64,000 nucleotides of DNA from Callorhinchus milii (Eukaryota). Each line of letters starts with the position of its first letter. Within the stretch, counting starts at the first letter, position 1. A program made the translations under genes and the position numbers. Location: positions 89,220,001 to 89,284,000 of the forward strand of contig NW_024704742.1 of the NCBI RefSeq assembly GCF_018977255.1. The letters are read 5' to 3'. The notes beneath the pieces are model-generated. The model had not been told where the DNA came from. It made no database searches and saw only the letters and a program-made list of their open reading frames with translations. Positions 50,838 through 63,089 of the stretch are shown here, piece by piece.

Positions 50838-51020
50838 GAAAGATCGTTCTCTGCTGGTCGGTAAATCTACCGGCCTTGGCAAGAGAGCTTGTAAAGGAAA
50901 ATCCTATTATAAAGGGCCCGTCGCCAAGGTCGGTAAATTTACCAGTGAGCGTCAGACATGAGATGCACTCACCCACCCGCCAAGGTTGGTAAATTTACTG
51001 ATCAACGGAGAATCACTTTT
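50838..51020. repeat. Palindromic element with three GGTAAATTTACC-type units
   Basis: GGTAAATCTACCGGCCTTGGC is the near reverse complement of GCCAAGGTCGGTAAATTTACC; a third unit lies at 50979-51020. Confidence 0.75.
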
Positions 51021-51774
51021 CCAATCTTTCCATCAGGCTTTGCTTGCCTGACACCCCTCACGGAACGCACAGGCAGGGAGTATTTCACCCTGACAGCATG
51101 GATTTTGTTTTCTATTTCTTTGTGTCCACTAGGCCTCCTCAATCATCTCTATTTAAATGGAATCTGGAATTTCATCTCATTAAGAAAAATCAATAGCTGT
51201 TGGAAGAATGGTCACCTGAGTTATTGACTCAGTGGAGGATGTTTAATTATCTCTTTTCTTCTTTGTGGGGGGGCGGAAAGGAGTTGAAATTACATACTTA
51301 ACATTACTCAGTAAATTATGATGTCTGCTGTATTTGCGAGTTAAAGGAAATAAATACATTAATTTTAAATAGAAAATCTCTTTGAGGTGTCAGTGCGGGT
51401 TTATTTTTGGAACACAGAACATATGTCCTGCCGTGGAAAGTTCCTGAGATATCCATGCGTTTGGGTGTTTTTCAACTTCCAAATCAGAAATCATATAATT
51501 TTATCAGTGACTTTAAGACCGTATATAAATGACAATTTGGGACAAGTGTGGACCATGTGTTGTGCTGTTTCAGGAAATATGAAGTTACAGAACAAGACTA
51601 AATACCACAGAGAGGTGAGAATTGTAATGAAGGATTTACAATATTTACACCCCGAAGAATGTGCTTGCCATCCGCAAACTAAGCAGTGTGTTCCCTCTTC
51701 CTAGCTCCTAACTGCTGAGTTCTTATTGTGTGCTCAATTGCCAGCCTGACTCAGGGCATCAAATAAAATAATAA

Positions 51775-52115
51775 AAAAAATTATTGTATTTGATATAGCG
51801 CCTTATCACATCTTTAAGACGTTTTACAACACTTTGCAGAATATATTGTAAGATGAACTGACTGTATTAGGGAACCATTTTGCTCACAGCAGTGTCCCAC
51901 AAACTGTCGTGGATTGAGTGATTAGATTTTTTTTTGAGGGACTATTACTCCTAGAAAATGATCCACCGATCGACTAATGACCTGGTTCCTACTTACTGCT
52001 AGGTAAACAGAGGTGTGTGGAGTAAGGAAATTTGTCTCAGGTTTCGCTCCACCCAGAAATCAAGCCCGGGTCCTCTTGCTTGTGAAACGAGTGGGTCAAA
52101 CACTTTGCTACTGGA
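51775..52115 (-). mobile_element. SINE-A long subfamily, diverged
   Basis: Tail, GTCCCACAAACTGTCGTGGATTGAG, CTACTTACTGCTAGGTAAACAGAGG and a decayed head. Confidence 0.85.
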
Positions 52116-52579
52116 ATTCCCTGTGGGAATTATCTTTGTGAGAGGGAATGAATATACACCCTGCCGTCCAGATCACATCACTCCACTTACTGGTTACCAA
52201 AATTTCAATCTCATGAGTTTTTAAAGAAAATTCTCTTTTTGTGTACAAGATTCTTTTCATAGAGAAATATATGGATTTTCTCCTGCAAAATTGATAATAG
52301 TACAAAATGAGTACCATTCTCTCAAAATAGTCCTCACAAAAAAGATTTCTATTACTTATAAATATCTTAAATAACATCTGTTTTTCTGTAATTACTGATG
52401 CTCTCCTCTTTTGAAGTGCATGAATGCATGTTTCTTCAGCTAAAGCCAAGCTATTATGTTTAAATATATATGAAATGGTTTGGAAAAAATGGCAAATTTG
52501 AATATTTTTGGAAATTGAATATTTCACACTGGGAAAAAAAAAGTGCTAAATTCTAATTGTTTGGTCACAGTTTGTGTCT

Positions 52580-53012
52580 GCCTGGCTAGCTCAGTCGCTA
52601 CTACTCTTGCTTCTGGATCAGAATATTGTGGAGACAACCCCCAAGTCAGGACTTTGAGCCCATATGGTCCAGGCTGCCACTCCAATGTGGTGCTGGGGGC
52701 GCACCGTGTTGTTGAAAGTACCATCCTTCAGATGAAGCATTAAATCAACATATTTTCTTCCTGTTAAATATTCCATGGCCCTATTCAAAAAGAGAACAGA
52801 GTTTATCCCAGTGCCCTGGCCAACAATTCCCCAAATAAATTTGATCATTCACTTCATGGCTGTTTGTGGGACATTGCTGTGTGCAAATTAATGCCATGTT
52901 CGTCAAATTACACAGTCATTACACTTAACAGTAAAGAAAAATCCTGTGAAGACCTTTGAGTCATCCTCCCAAAATGAATGGCGCTACATCAAATGTAAGG
53001 AGTATTATTTTT
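52580..53012 (+). mobile_element. Full-length DeuSINE
   Basis: TAGCTCAGTCGCTA head, Deu core, GTGGGACATTGCTGTGTGCAAATT and tail. Confidence 0.85.
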
Positions 53013-54169
53013 ATCTATCTATCCCTGTGTTACAAGATGCACACAAATATTTCTTAGATATTTTGGTCACACTTGCACATCACCTCAAATATCATTGTGA
53101 CATAGACTGAGTATATTATTGCTTACTGTGATGTTCAGCCTGAAATATAAGACCATTATGTTGCAGGTATTATAGGATTACAAAGTTATTTGTAGCAATG
53201 ATTTGTCAGTCTATACCTGGATTACTTGTAAAATAGAGGGACATGCAATGAGGGCTCAAAGCTGATACAAAAAGCTTCAGTTTCAGAAAGTATTGTTAGT
53301 GACTGATGCTATACACCTATAGGCGTAACCCATGTACAATTTCCTCCTGATTCTCTGGAAGCAATCTGCAATCAATCTTGTTATTTTATTTTCTCCCCAT
53401 CTCGACCTAGAAAATGTCCGTTTAAATGGTGACAATTATTAAGTGAGTTCGCTCAAGGAAATGTCTAGATCAACTTCCAATTTCAGGAAGACGTGTTCAA
53501 CAATGACAAAGAATGTTACAGAAAAGTAAGACTTTAAGACTTTAATGTGACTCAACTAGTCAGTACTGGTCTTTATATTCCGAATGAGCTTCCAACCCTC
53601 CTAATCACCCCTTTCCTAGTCTACGCCTCTCTATTGCTTTCTGTATTATGTACGCATCAAGATTTCTCTAAACCACTTTGATGCCTTTTGTTTCAACCAG
53701 TGAGCTCCGCATTTTCAGCACTAAAGAAGGATATGGGTTTTTACGATACAGGTACCATTTCAATATTTATCAACAGATTTCTTAAGAGTTGTGTAATTAT
53801 TGAATTTCTAAAGCCCAAATACACTGAGGAATACTTTCGGTGATTTGGAAATTTGCTCATTATACATTTCCTGAGAAATCTGTTAAAAAATACTACAAAT
53901 GAAACCCCAATGAATTTGAAATGCCACAAATATCTCCATCAAATATTCCTGGTACATTAACTGCAAGAATGCCTGAATGCAAAGGTTTAGGGTCATGTTA
54001 AAGTGTTATATGGAACAGTCTTCAAAGCCATGTGCACCAGTGCACATTGCTGTTAAATTTTAACCCGCAGACGCCTTTGACCGCTCAGTGAATACGGTTG
54101 TAACCTCAGTGCATAATTGAGTCATACATTCCTTAAGAAATGTTAAAAAATATTGTAAATTGATGACTT

Positions 54170-54480
54170 AACACAAACACTGGAAACCAAACTAAAGATC
54201 TTCAGGATTTGATTCCCAGTGTGTCCTAAATCATCAGATTTCCGTCTGAGCGAGATCGGTGAAGACATCCCCCCACCCCACACCCTGGCTTACAGAGAGC
54301 TAAATCAGCCCAAGTTCCTAATTGCTATCCAGTGAATCCTGCAGGAAACTGCCGGCATGAGGATAGGGTTGGGCTTGGCTATGATGCACATCCACAATCC
54401 TTATCTGAAATTCTCACATGTGGGAAATAGCCACTGAAGCAAAGAGCTAGAAATGCTCAGCAGAAATACTATAGATGTAG
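54170..54480 (+). mobile_element. Possible ancient SINE-like remnant of another family
   Basis: AAATCAGCC...TTCCT...GCTATCCAGTGAATCCTGCAGGAAA...GGATAGGGTTGGGCTTGGCTATGATGC resembles an old shark repeat from memory; weak similarity to 20770-20980. Confidence 0.35.
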
Positions 54481-54671
54481 TATCAATGACACAGTGTTAA
54501 TATTTGACTCAGTTGTTGGTAGTACTTTTACCTCTGAGACAGAATGTGGTGGATTCAAGCTAATTTGCCTTTTTAGATGGATGTTTAATACAAATGCAAG
54601 TTGTTGTTGTTATTTAATATTTAATGGTCTGGCTCCGATGATGTCTGGTAGCCAAGCATGGTTCATCATGA

Positions 54672-55287
54672 GCACCTAGAGTATTGCGTGCAGTTTTGGT
54701 CTCCTTATTTAAGAAAGGATGTACTCGCCTTGGAGAGGGTAAAATGTAGATTCACTAGGTTGGTACCCGAGATGAGGGGGATGAGTTATGAGGATAGGTT
54801 GAGCAATTTAGGCCTATATTCTCTAAAATATAGAAGAATGAGAGGTGATCTTATAGAAATCTATAAGATTATTAAGGGGCACGACAGAATAGATAGTGGG
54901 AGACTTTTTCCCTGGTTGGAGAAGCTATAACCAGGGATCACAATCTTAAAATTCGGGGTAAGCCCTTTTGCACTGAGTTGATTTGATGGAGATATTTGTG
55001 GCTATTTCAACTTCATTGGGGTTTCATTTGTATTATTTTTTAACAGATTTCTCAGGAGGGTAGTGAATTTATGGAATTCTCTACCCCAAAGGGCTGTAGA
55101 TGCTCAGTCCTTGAACATATTCAAGACTGAGATTGATAGATTTCCTGTGGATAAAGAGATTAAGGGGAAAAGGCAGGTAGGTGGAGTTAGAATAGATCAG
55201 CCATGATCTTATTGAATGGCGGGGCAGGCTCGAGTGGCCGAATGGCCTACTCCTCCTTCTAATTCTTATGTTCTTATGCTCTTATGT
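54672..55287 (+). mobile_element. CR1 LINE 3' fragment with an internal templated insertion
   Basis: HLEYCVQFWSPYLRKDVLALERV...RRMRGDLIEIYKI; 3' end GGCCGAATGGCCTACTCC...(TTCTTATG)n. Confidence 0.93.
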
Positions 55288-56083
55288 ATCATGCTTTCTG
55301 AAAGGAAAGGGAAGCAATTTAGATCTAAATAATTTTAAACACATATTCTCTGGCTGCCCATAATGGAAGTGTAACATTGCTCAAATAGAGAACTTTATCT
55401 TTCCGAAATACAGATGCTATCATATCTTTCTCAGTGCACTTCAAAGAAGACAATCTGCCCTGAAATAAGCCAATGGACTAACCATTATCAATCTGACTTT
55501 TTGATCCAAAGTCTTAGATTCAATTCATCCTTGGGAATAATTCACTGGTAATAAAGCTCATTACATTGGGCTGGGATGATTTATGTGGAATTTAAAGGTT
55601 AATTAGTGTTAATAGTTAATTGCATCAATGATGCTTGAGCTTGCTGTTGGTTTGTTAAGAGTCAGCAGCTGTTTCTGGGTCAGACTGGTTTAGTCACTTG
55701 CCATCTGCAGTTATTTCTCTCTAATTTAAAGTTTAAGCCACTGTGTTGCTTTGCGTGGGCAATTTTGCACTTCAAATCAGATTTCATTTTCAAAGTAACA
55801 CTACAAAACTTCTCAAATTATTATTATTTAAACAAAACACATGCTGTGAAACTGGTTTTGAAGACCCCTGTATGGCTAGAGCCAAGGCTTCAATTAATCA
55901 GCGTTTACTGCCGCTTAAAGTAATTCTTCACAATTTGCAGTGCCACTTGGGACAATCTCTTTCTTTGATGTTCCTTTCAGCAGAAATAAATCCCGCTTGC
56001 TCTGTAACCTTGGCAGTAGTTACATAAATCAACTTAAAAGTAAATATAAAAATGTTATTTTCTAACTGGAATACACAAAAATG

Positions 56084-56460
56084 GAGCACTGTAGTCTATT
56101 AGTTAGAGAACTCTAAACTCTTTAACAGTAAGCGTGAGGACCCGGTTCGATTCTTGGGAAGGGAAAAACATTCTGCAAGTTTCCTTACTCCACACGCCTC
56201 TGTTTACCTAGCAGTAAGTAGGAACCCGGTTGTTAGTCAATTGGCTGATCGCCTTTATGGGGGTAATAATCCCTTCAAAAAAAAATAATAATTTGGTCAC
56301 TCAATACGTGACTGTTTATGGGACACTGCGTGCGCAATTGGCTGCCATGTTTCACCCACAAAATATACAATCAATTCACTTTACAGTATATACTCTGAAG
56401 CACTTTGAGACCTCTCAAAGATGTCTAAGGCGTATATCGAATGCAAAAATTATTATTATT
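56084..56460 (+). mobile_element. SINE-A long subfamily
   Basis: Decayed head, CAAGTTTCCTTACTCCACACGCCTCTGTTTACCTAGCAGTAAGTAGGAACC and tail. Confidence 0.88.
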
Positions 56461-56599
56461 AAAAGTGTTTGACAGCTTTTTTGAAACTATAGAGGATCTC
56501 CTAACTGGAACCCAGTTGTTCAAAACCAGCCTGATAGCTCACGCAGATTTACATTTGGCTCAGTATTTGCAGTCAGGCTATGAGGTCTTCACATAATCC

Positions 56600-57572
56600 C
56601 TTCATGCCCTGCCATCTCCCTATCTCTCCGATCTGCTTACCCCCCAACCGACAACCCGCTGTCTCAGCTCAACTGCCTCCAGCCTTCTGCATGTCCCTCG
56701 CGCCCTCCGTTCCACATTGGTGGGTGTGCTTTCAGCAACTACACCCCAAAACTCTGGAACACTCTTCCTTTCCTATTTACAGGCTGTGCCTGAAGACCTT
56801 CCTATTTGACTGGGCCTAGTCATCTCCCCAAACCCCTGGCTCAGAGTCTTGCTCTGCTGCTGTCAAGCTCTCAGGGACACTACTATGCAGGAGGGTGCTA
56901 AATAAATGCAAGCCATAACCCGCCCTCACCTCCGTGACATCGCCCGACTCTGCCACTACCTCACCGCTGAAACTCTTGTGCATGCCTTCATCACCTCCAG
57001 GCTCGACTATGAAAATGCCCTGCTTGTCAGCCTTTCCAACTCCTCCCTCCATAGGTTGCAGATAATCCAGAACTCTGCAACTCGTGTCCTCTCCCGCACC
57101 AAACTCTATGATTTCATCTCCCCCATTCTTCCCCGACTCCATTGGCTCCCTATCCTTCAGAAGATCCAGTTCAAGATCTTGGTCCTCACCTACAAAGCCC
57201 TCAATGGCCTCGCCCCACCCTACCTCTGTGACCTCCTAACCCCCACCAACTCGCCCGCTCCCTCCGCTCAGCCGGCTCCGGCCGCTCCACATCCCCTGAC
57301 CCACACACCCCACCATTGGCGGGAGAGCCTTCAGCTACTCTGTCCCGAACCTCTGGAAATCCATCCCCCAATCACTCTGCCTCGCCCCCTCCTTAGCCTC
57401 CTTCAAGACCGTCCTCTTCGATCATACCATTGGCCACCCCCCCTTCCCCTCCCCTCCCCTCCCTTCTTCCCCCCAACCCCAACTCGGGTCTGAAATGCTG
57501 TACACTGTCCAGCGCCTTGGGACATCCTCCCGACGTGAAAGGCGCTATACAAATGTAATCTTGTTGTTGTTG
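56600..57572 (+). mobile_element. Two tandem L2 3' fragments (56600-56910 older; 56925-57572 younger)
   Basis: AETLVHAFITSRLDYENALL...LHWLPILQKIQFKILVLTYKALNGLAPPYL; each fragment has its own tail. Confidence 0.9.
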
Positions 57573-57892
57573 ATGATGCCAAATCCATTCAACCCTAAAG
57601 CTGGGTGTGTTTCAGTTGTTCTCATCAAGATAAAAAATTATAATGACTTTACAGCATGGAAGCAGGTCACACAACCCAACCAATTTGTGTTTGTACTCCA
57701 TGTGAGCTTCACCCCTTACTCCCTCACATACCTTCCCAGACAAAAAACCTGAGAGAGAGAATCACTGGAAATCATGAACTCTATTTTGATCCCTAATGGA
57801 AGTCTATTATTTTTATTTATTATTATTAAAAAGTATTATTTTTTAAATAATAAGCCTGTTATTTTTAATAACAACTATTATTATTCCCTTTT

Positions 57893-58060
57893 AATAATAA
57901 TAATCCTTCCATTTGATATTGTTTCCTACAACATCAAATATCTCAAAGCACAGGTAATTGCTGTAAAATGTAGTGACTGTGTATTTGTAAGAAAATGTTG
58001 CAACCAACTTGTACAATGTAAGTCCTACAAATAGCCATGAAGTGAATGACCAGTTTATCA
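57893..58060 (-). mobile_element. DeuSINE 3' fragment
   Basis: Tail plus GCCATGAAGTGAATGACC. Confidence 0.7.
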
Positions 58061-58411
58061 TGTGTTAAGACATGAGATGAAAGGAATGAGAGGGTATATA
58101 TCTTCATCCCTCTCAAAGTAGATCTTTGTTGTATAAAAAATTGGGCACTTCACAAAGCAATGAATTTAGTTTTATTGACAAAGCTTTAGGAATGTAGATA
58201 AAACCAGACACAAATGACTCTAATCTACTTTTTAATCTACATTCTTTTAAGGACATTGAGTTACTTTCTATAGTCCGCTGCATCCCATCAAGAAAGCCAC
58301 ACTTGTTAATGATAAAGTGGAACCTTTCCAGCTTGTTTCACTGTTCAATTGTCAGTACATGTGATTTTCTACTGAAGGGGATTCATTTACTTTTTTTACT
58401 ACGTAAAATGT

Positions 58412-59843
58412 AGTCCTACAAACAGCCATGGAGTGAATAATCAATTTTAATTGGGGGATTATTAGCTAGAACAACAGGAGCAAGTTCTTTCTCTTTTTGA
58501 CACGTTCAGGTCCTACCTTTCACACCGCCTCCACTTCGTCGTGGCAAAGGGTTTCTCCTCCAGCTCCCGCACCGTCTCAGGGCTCTGTCCTCGGTCCCCT
58601 CCTCTTCACCCTCTGGTGACATCATCCTCAGACATGGGGTTAATTTCCAAATGTATGCGGATGACACCCAACTCTATCTCTCTGCCTCCACCCTGAACTC
58701 CAGGACTACTGGCGTCCTGACTGACTGCGTGACCGACATCAAGTCCTGAACGAAGGCCAACTTTCTTCAACTCAACGTCAGCAAGACCGAGGCCCTCCTG
58801 ATTGGCTCAAGCCAGTGCCTCTGCACCTCGGGCGCTGGCAGCATCAGCCTCCACGGCTGCAGACTCAACCTCACTAAGCCGGTCAGGAACCTGGGTGTCT
58901 TGTTTGACCCTGAACTGTCCTTTCTCCCCCACATCCACGCCGTGACTGGCACTGCCTACCACCACCTCCGCAACATTGCCAGACTCCGCACTGCCTCACC
59001 CCTCAGGCTGCCAAAACCCTCACCCACGCATTCGTCACATCAAAGCTCGATTACAGGAACTCCCTCCTCATCGGCCTTCCCAACCCTTTCCTTCACAAGT
59101 TGCAGCTCATCCAAAACTCTGCAACTCGTGTACTCTCATGCACCAGGCTCCCTGACCCCATCACTGCCACCCTCGCCCGACTCCATGACTCCCCATCCCC
59201 CAGAGAATCGAGTTCAAGATCCTCATCCTTACTTTCAAGGCCATCCATGGCCTTGCTCCCTCCTACCTCTCTGACCTGCTGACTCCCTACCAACCTGCCT
59301 GCGCTCTCTGTTCAGCGGGCTCCGGCCTGCTCCATGTCTCCTGCCCGACCCGCCCTACCATTGGTGGCCGGGCTTTCAGCCTCTGCCCCACACTCTGGAA
59401 CTCCATCCCATGGTCCCTTCGCCTCACTTCCTCCCTTGCCTCCTTCAAGGTTGGTCTCAAGACCCTTCTCTTCGACCGTGCCTTTGGTCTCCCTCCCACC
59501 TCTCTGCCTTCCCTCACCCCTACACCACCCTTCCCCCATGCTCGGGCCCCGACACCTGACTGTTCAGCGCTTTGGGACGTCCTCCCGACGTGAAAGGTGC
59601 TCTATAAATGTAATTTTGTTGTTGTTGAATAGAGTAATGGAATTTTTAACGTTCACCTGGACAGGCAGACAGAATCTTGGGTTACTATTACATCTATATG
59701 CCAGCACCACTGACAGTGCTGCACATCCCAAGCACTGCATTGGAGTATCAGCATAGACTATTAGTTCAAAGTCCTGACATGGGGCTCGAATGCACAATCC
59801 TCTCACTCAGAGGCAAGAGCACTACCAACTGAGCCAGACTGTC
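58412..59843 (-). mobile_element. DeuSINE split by the L2 insertion (58412-58500 and 59628-59843)
   Basis: The two halves are collinear with the reverse-complement DeuSINE; TTGA lies at both junctions. Confidence 0.75.
58501..59627 (+). mobile_element. L2 LINE 3' 1.1 kb with YADD motif
   Basis: ATGTATGCGGATGACACCCAACTC encodes MYADDTQL; also LQLNVSKTE; frameshifts and stops; (TTG)n tail. Confidence 0.93.
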
Positions 59844-59919
59844 ACACGTGTATGCATCTACATGTGGAAATTTCAAATATATCGTCGTTGGTTTCTGTAT
59901 CCTCCGGATAGCTGATAGT

Positions 59920-60336
59920 GTCAGCTTGGCTCAGTGGAAGCATTCTCGCTTCTGAGTCAGAAATGGCGAGTTCAAGCCCACGTCAGAGGTTAGAATCTAA
60001 GATGACACTACAATGCAGTGTGGGCGTGTGTTGCATTTTCGAAGGTGCTGTCCTTCAGATGAGATGCTAAATCAAGTGGACGTTAAAGATCCCATGGTAT
60101 TATTTGAAAAGAGAAGGGAGTTTCTCCCAGTGACCTGGCCAATAAATCTCCCAAATAAAATTAGTCCCTCACTCCATGGCTGTTAAGAGATGTTGCTGTG
60201 CACAAACTGGTTGCCACATTTTGCCCAGAAAAACAGTCAAACACTTTACAATAATGTTAATTGCTTCCTGTGAAGCACTCTGAGATGTCTCAATGACATG
60301 ATAAGGCACTATATGAAATGCAATTAGTATTATTAT
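59920..60336 (+). mobile_element. Full-length DeuSINE
   Basis: TGGCTCAGTGG A-box, AGTTCAAGCC B-box-like motif, GTGGACGTTAAAGATCCCATGG core and tail. Confidence 0.88.
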
Positions 60337-60484
60337 GTACTCTGCATTATGTATTCTGAATTAAGAAATTAAGAGGTGAATTCACAAGGCTGTTTAGATA
60401 CCATTCTGTACAGGGCATTCTCACACCAGGCAGAGTGGAATTTGTGAGTCGATCCTTAGGTCTTTGGTGAGATTGCAAAACATT

Positions 60485-60698
60485 CTAGGCCTGAAACTTC
60501 AGCAAGCCTTAAGCCTACAAGACCATTTTCTAAGATTGTACAGAATTGTGTAAAATTCTGAAATTCAGACACCAGTTTCTTCTTAAGAACTGAGGAAAGT
60601 GGCTTCCAAATTAGGTCTAACTTTGAAAAATTTTCACATTACGTCTGGTGTTAAATTTTAAGACATTTCAGGCTCAGAATGGGTGGAATTCCAGGCCT
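60485..60698. mobile_element. Putative degenerate MITE
   Basis: Inverted ends AGGCCTGAAACTTC and GAATTCCAGGCCT, with internal pairs (AGCCT/AGGCT, ACACCAG/CTGGTGT). Confidence 0.4.
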
Positions 60699-61432
60699 GC
60701 TATTAGCTGAGGAGTTTCAACACTTAAAGTACTTATTTTAAGTACTTAAAAAGTTAAAGTATTTATTATGGAATAGGTCTTATCTTGTTATAAATGTATG
60801 TCATATGCGGACACTCAGAAGTAGGAATTAATTTCTTAATTCTCAGCCTTAATATTCCTGCTGATAAAGTCAATAAATGTTGTTACATTGATAACTTTTG
60901 TAAAATAAATTAAACTTAAGCAGATCTTGAAATTCTTCGGTCTCTTTGATAAATCCAAATTGATTTTAAAATGTAGAGAGAATAATAAGAAAATAAATTC
61001 ATAAGTATTTTATAGCTTGTAACCAAAGACTGAAAAGCTAATTACAGTCAACAGTTTAAAAACTGCTTAATTAAAACAAACTGAAACCTAAGTCACATGT
61101 ACAGCTAAAAGCTTGAGGTGTGGGAATATACCTGCTGAAGATGATCCCCTAATCCTGGACTCTTTGAAAATTAATACACTGAAGCAGGAAGAGTAGCTTG
61201 TGTAAATGTAGAATCACTAGTATTGAACATAAAGCTATTGCGCAAATCCAGGAGTAGAGAAATTTGAAGAATACAAGAGGACACCAGGTTGAACAGTTAG
61301 TCATACTGCCCGGTACAAGATACAAACATTATTGATACTTCTCCAGGGCATTTTGAGGTACGAAGATGAGCAACGTTGCCTTGTCTAAGCACCATCGGTG
61401 AAGAGAGTCAGTTGATCCTTGGCCTACGAGGA

Positions 61433-61747
61433 GTAATAACAATAATAATCCTTGCATTTGATATAGAGCTTTTCACGTCTTCACGATGTCTCAAAGCGCT
61501 TCACAGAATAGACTGTAAAGTGAATTGACCATATATTTGTGGGCGAAACGCGGCAGCCAATTGCGCACAGCAGTGTCCCACAAACAGTCGTGGATTGAAA
61601 TGACCAATTTATTATTGTTTTGTTTTGGAGGGATTATTATCAGGCGTGTGGAGTAAGGAAACTTGCCCAAGGTTTCGCCCTGCCGGGAATTGAACCCAGG
61701 TGTCTCGCTTGCAAGGCGAGTGCTCTAACCACTGAGCTACAGGACTC
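61433..61747 (-). mobile_element. Full-length SINE-A, short subfamily
   Basis: Near-intact tRNA-like cloverleaf head with CpGs retained; GTAATA on both flanks. Confidence 0.93.
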
Positions 61748-62299
61748 CACGGGTAATAGGTGTGCAGCGTTTGGTGTGGTTTACAGGGTTGCCACCTATT
61801 TGGTTTTTAACCATATGCTGAATAGTCAGAGTACTATATTTGATAGATATATGCAAGATTCCCAAAGTTCCCTTTGGCACAAGCGAAGGAGAATGGCATT
61901 AATGTTCAGCTAGTTCTTCCAGCTGGTTGGTTGTTCTGAAGCAGGAATATTGAAGCTGTTGTAACGACTGTTCCCAAGAACTCAGACACAGTCAGTGATA
62001 ACCACCATAGTACTCCAAGTTCCTCTTACTTCACCACAAATCAGTCTCTATCCGTGTCTGTGTTTCCAATGTTTTTTTCCCCTGTAGGTTTGTTAATAAA
62101 ATGTATTACAATTAGAAAACTGAGTTTCTATATGTTAAAAGAACTCGATTCTGCTAAGGTTCTCACGTATGTGATTGACTGATCCCACAACATGAGATAA
62201 AGCGAGCGACGGCAACAAACTAGTTTCACCTCTGGAGATGTCTCAGGAAGTAAACAGTGCTTTTGGAAAAAAAAATGGCCAGAGCTAAAACATGTTTGG

Positions 62300-62491
62300 T
62301 TTAGTTCTTTGTCCAGAGAATAATTAATGACTGGAACAGGTTGCCAGGAAAAGTTATTGAGGCCAGGATGCTTGACTCATTTAAAAAGGCTTGATGTTGT
62401 GATGGGAGGGCAGTAGGACAGGTGTCCTGGGAGGATGAGATCAGACAGGCTGAAGGATCTTCTTCACCCAAATCTATCTTGTGATCTTGTG
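62300..62491 (+). mobile_element. CR1 3' end
   Basis: ATTAATGACTGGAACAGGTTGCCAGG...ATCTTGTGATCTTGTG terminal repeat. Confidence 0.75.
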
Positions 62492-63089
62492 AATGCCTGA
62501 GCTTTATGTAACCATTGGGATCTGGAAAATGTAAGGGTAGCATTCATCTTAATTAGGCGTAAGCGGAGCTTAACTTCTTACTGTGGGTTCATGAATTCCT
62601 CAAAGAAATCAAATATAATCTGATAGCCAAGATAAAGCTAAACAAAGACTGTGCTTCTGAATGCCTGGCAATTGCCATCGTAGGGTAACAGACCCTGACT
62701 TCTTCTTTCTTGTAGCCCCATTTACTAATTAATCTGTCTCTTCACAGACTCTATCGTAGCTTATCCTTCATATCCTATCATATGATTTATACCTTTACAC
62801 TAAATTGAAATTGATTTCCCTCTGCCTCAACTAAAAATATAGTGCCTGGATTTCCTTGTGATAGCTGTCTGTGGCGTTGCAATTGTTTGGTTGCAGCACC
62901 AGAACAATTGGCTGTTTTTTGGCTAAATTTAAAATTCGTCAATATATTATAAAACTGCAAACAACATTGAACACAATTGATTACACGCCACATTTTAAAG
63001 TGAGTTCCAGGTTTATAGAGTATGCCTCAGATATCTCGGGGGTGGGACGGGGGGTGGGGGGGGGGGCTTAATGTGCAGTCATTCCTGGT

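Noticed and set aside
51574..51614. 41-nt + strand exon-like segment ending GAG|GTGAGA
   Set aside because: Only one open frame, an unrecognised peptide and a moderate acceptor; insufficient support.
60736..60751. 16-bp perfect palindrome TTTTAAGTACTTAAAA
   Set aside because: AT-rich low-complexity context; not distinguishable from chance or slippage.
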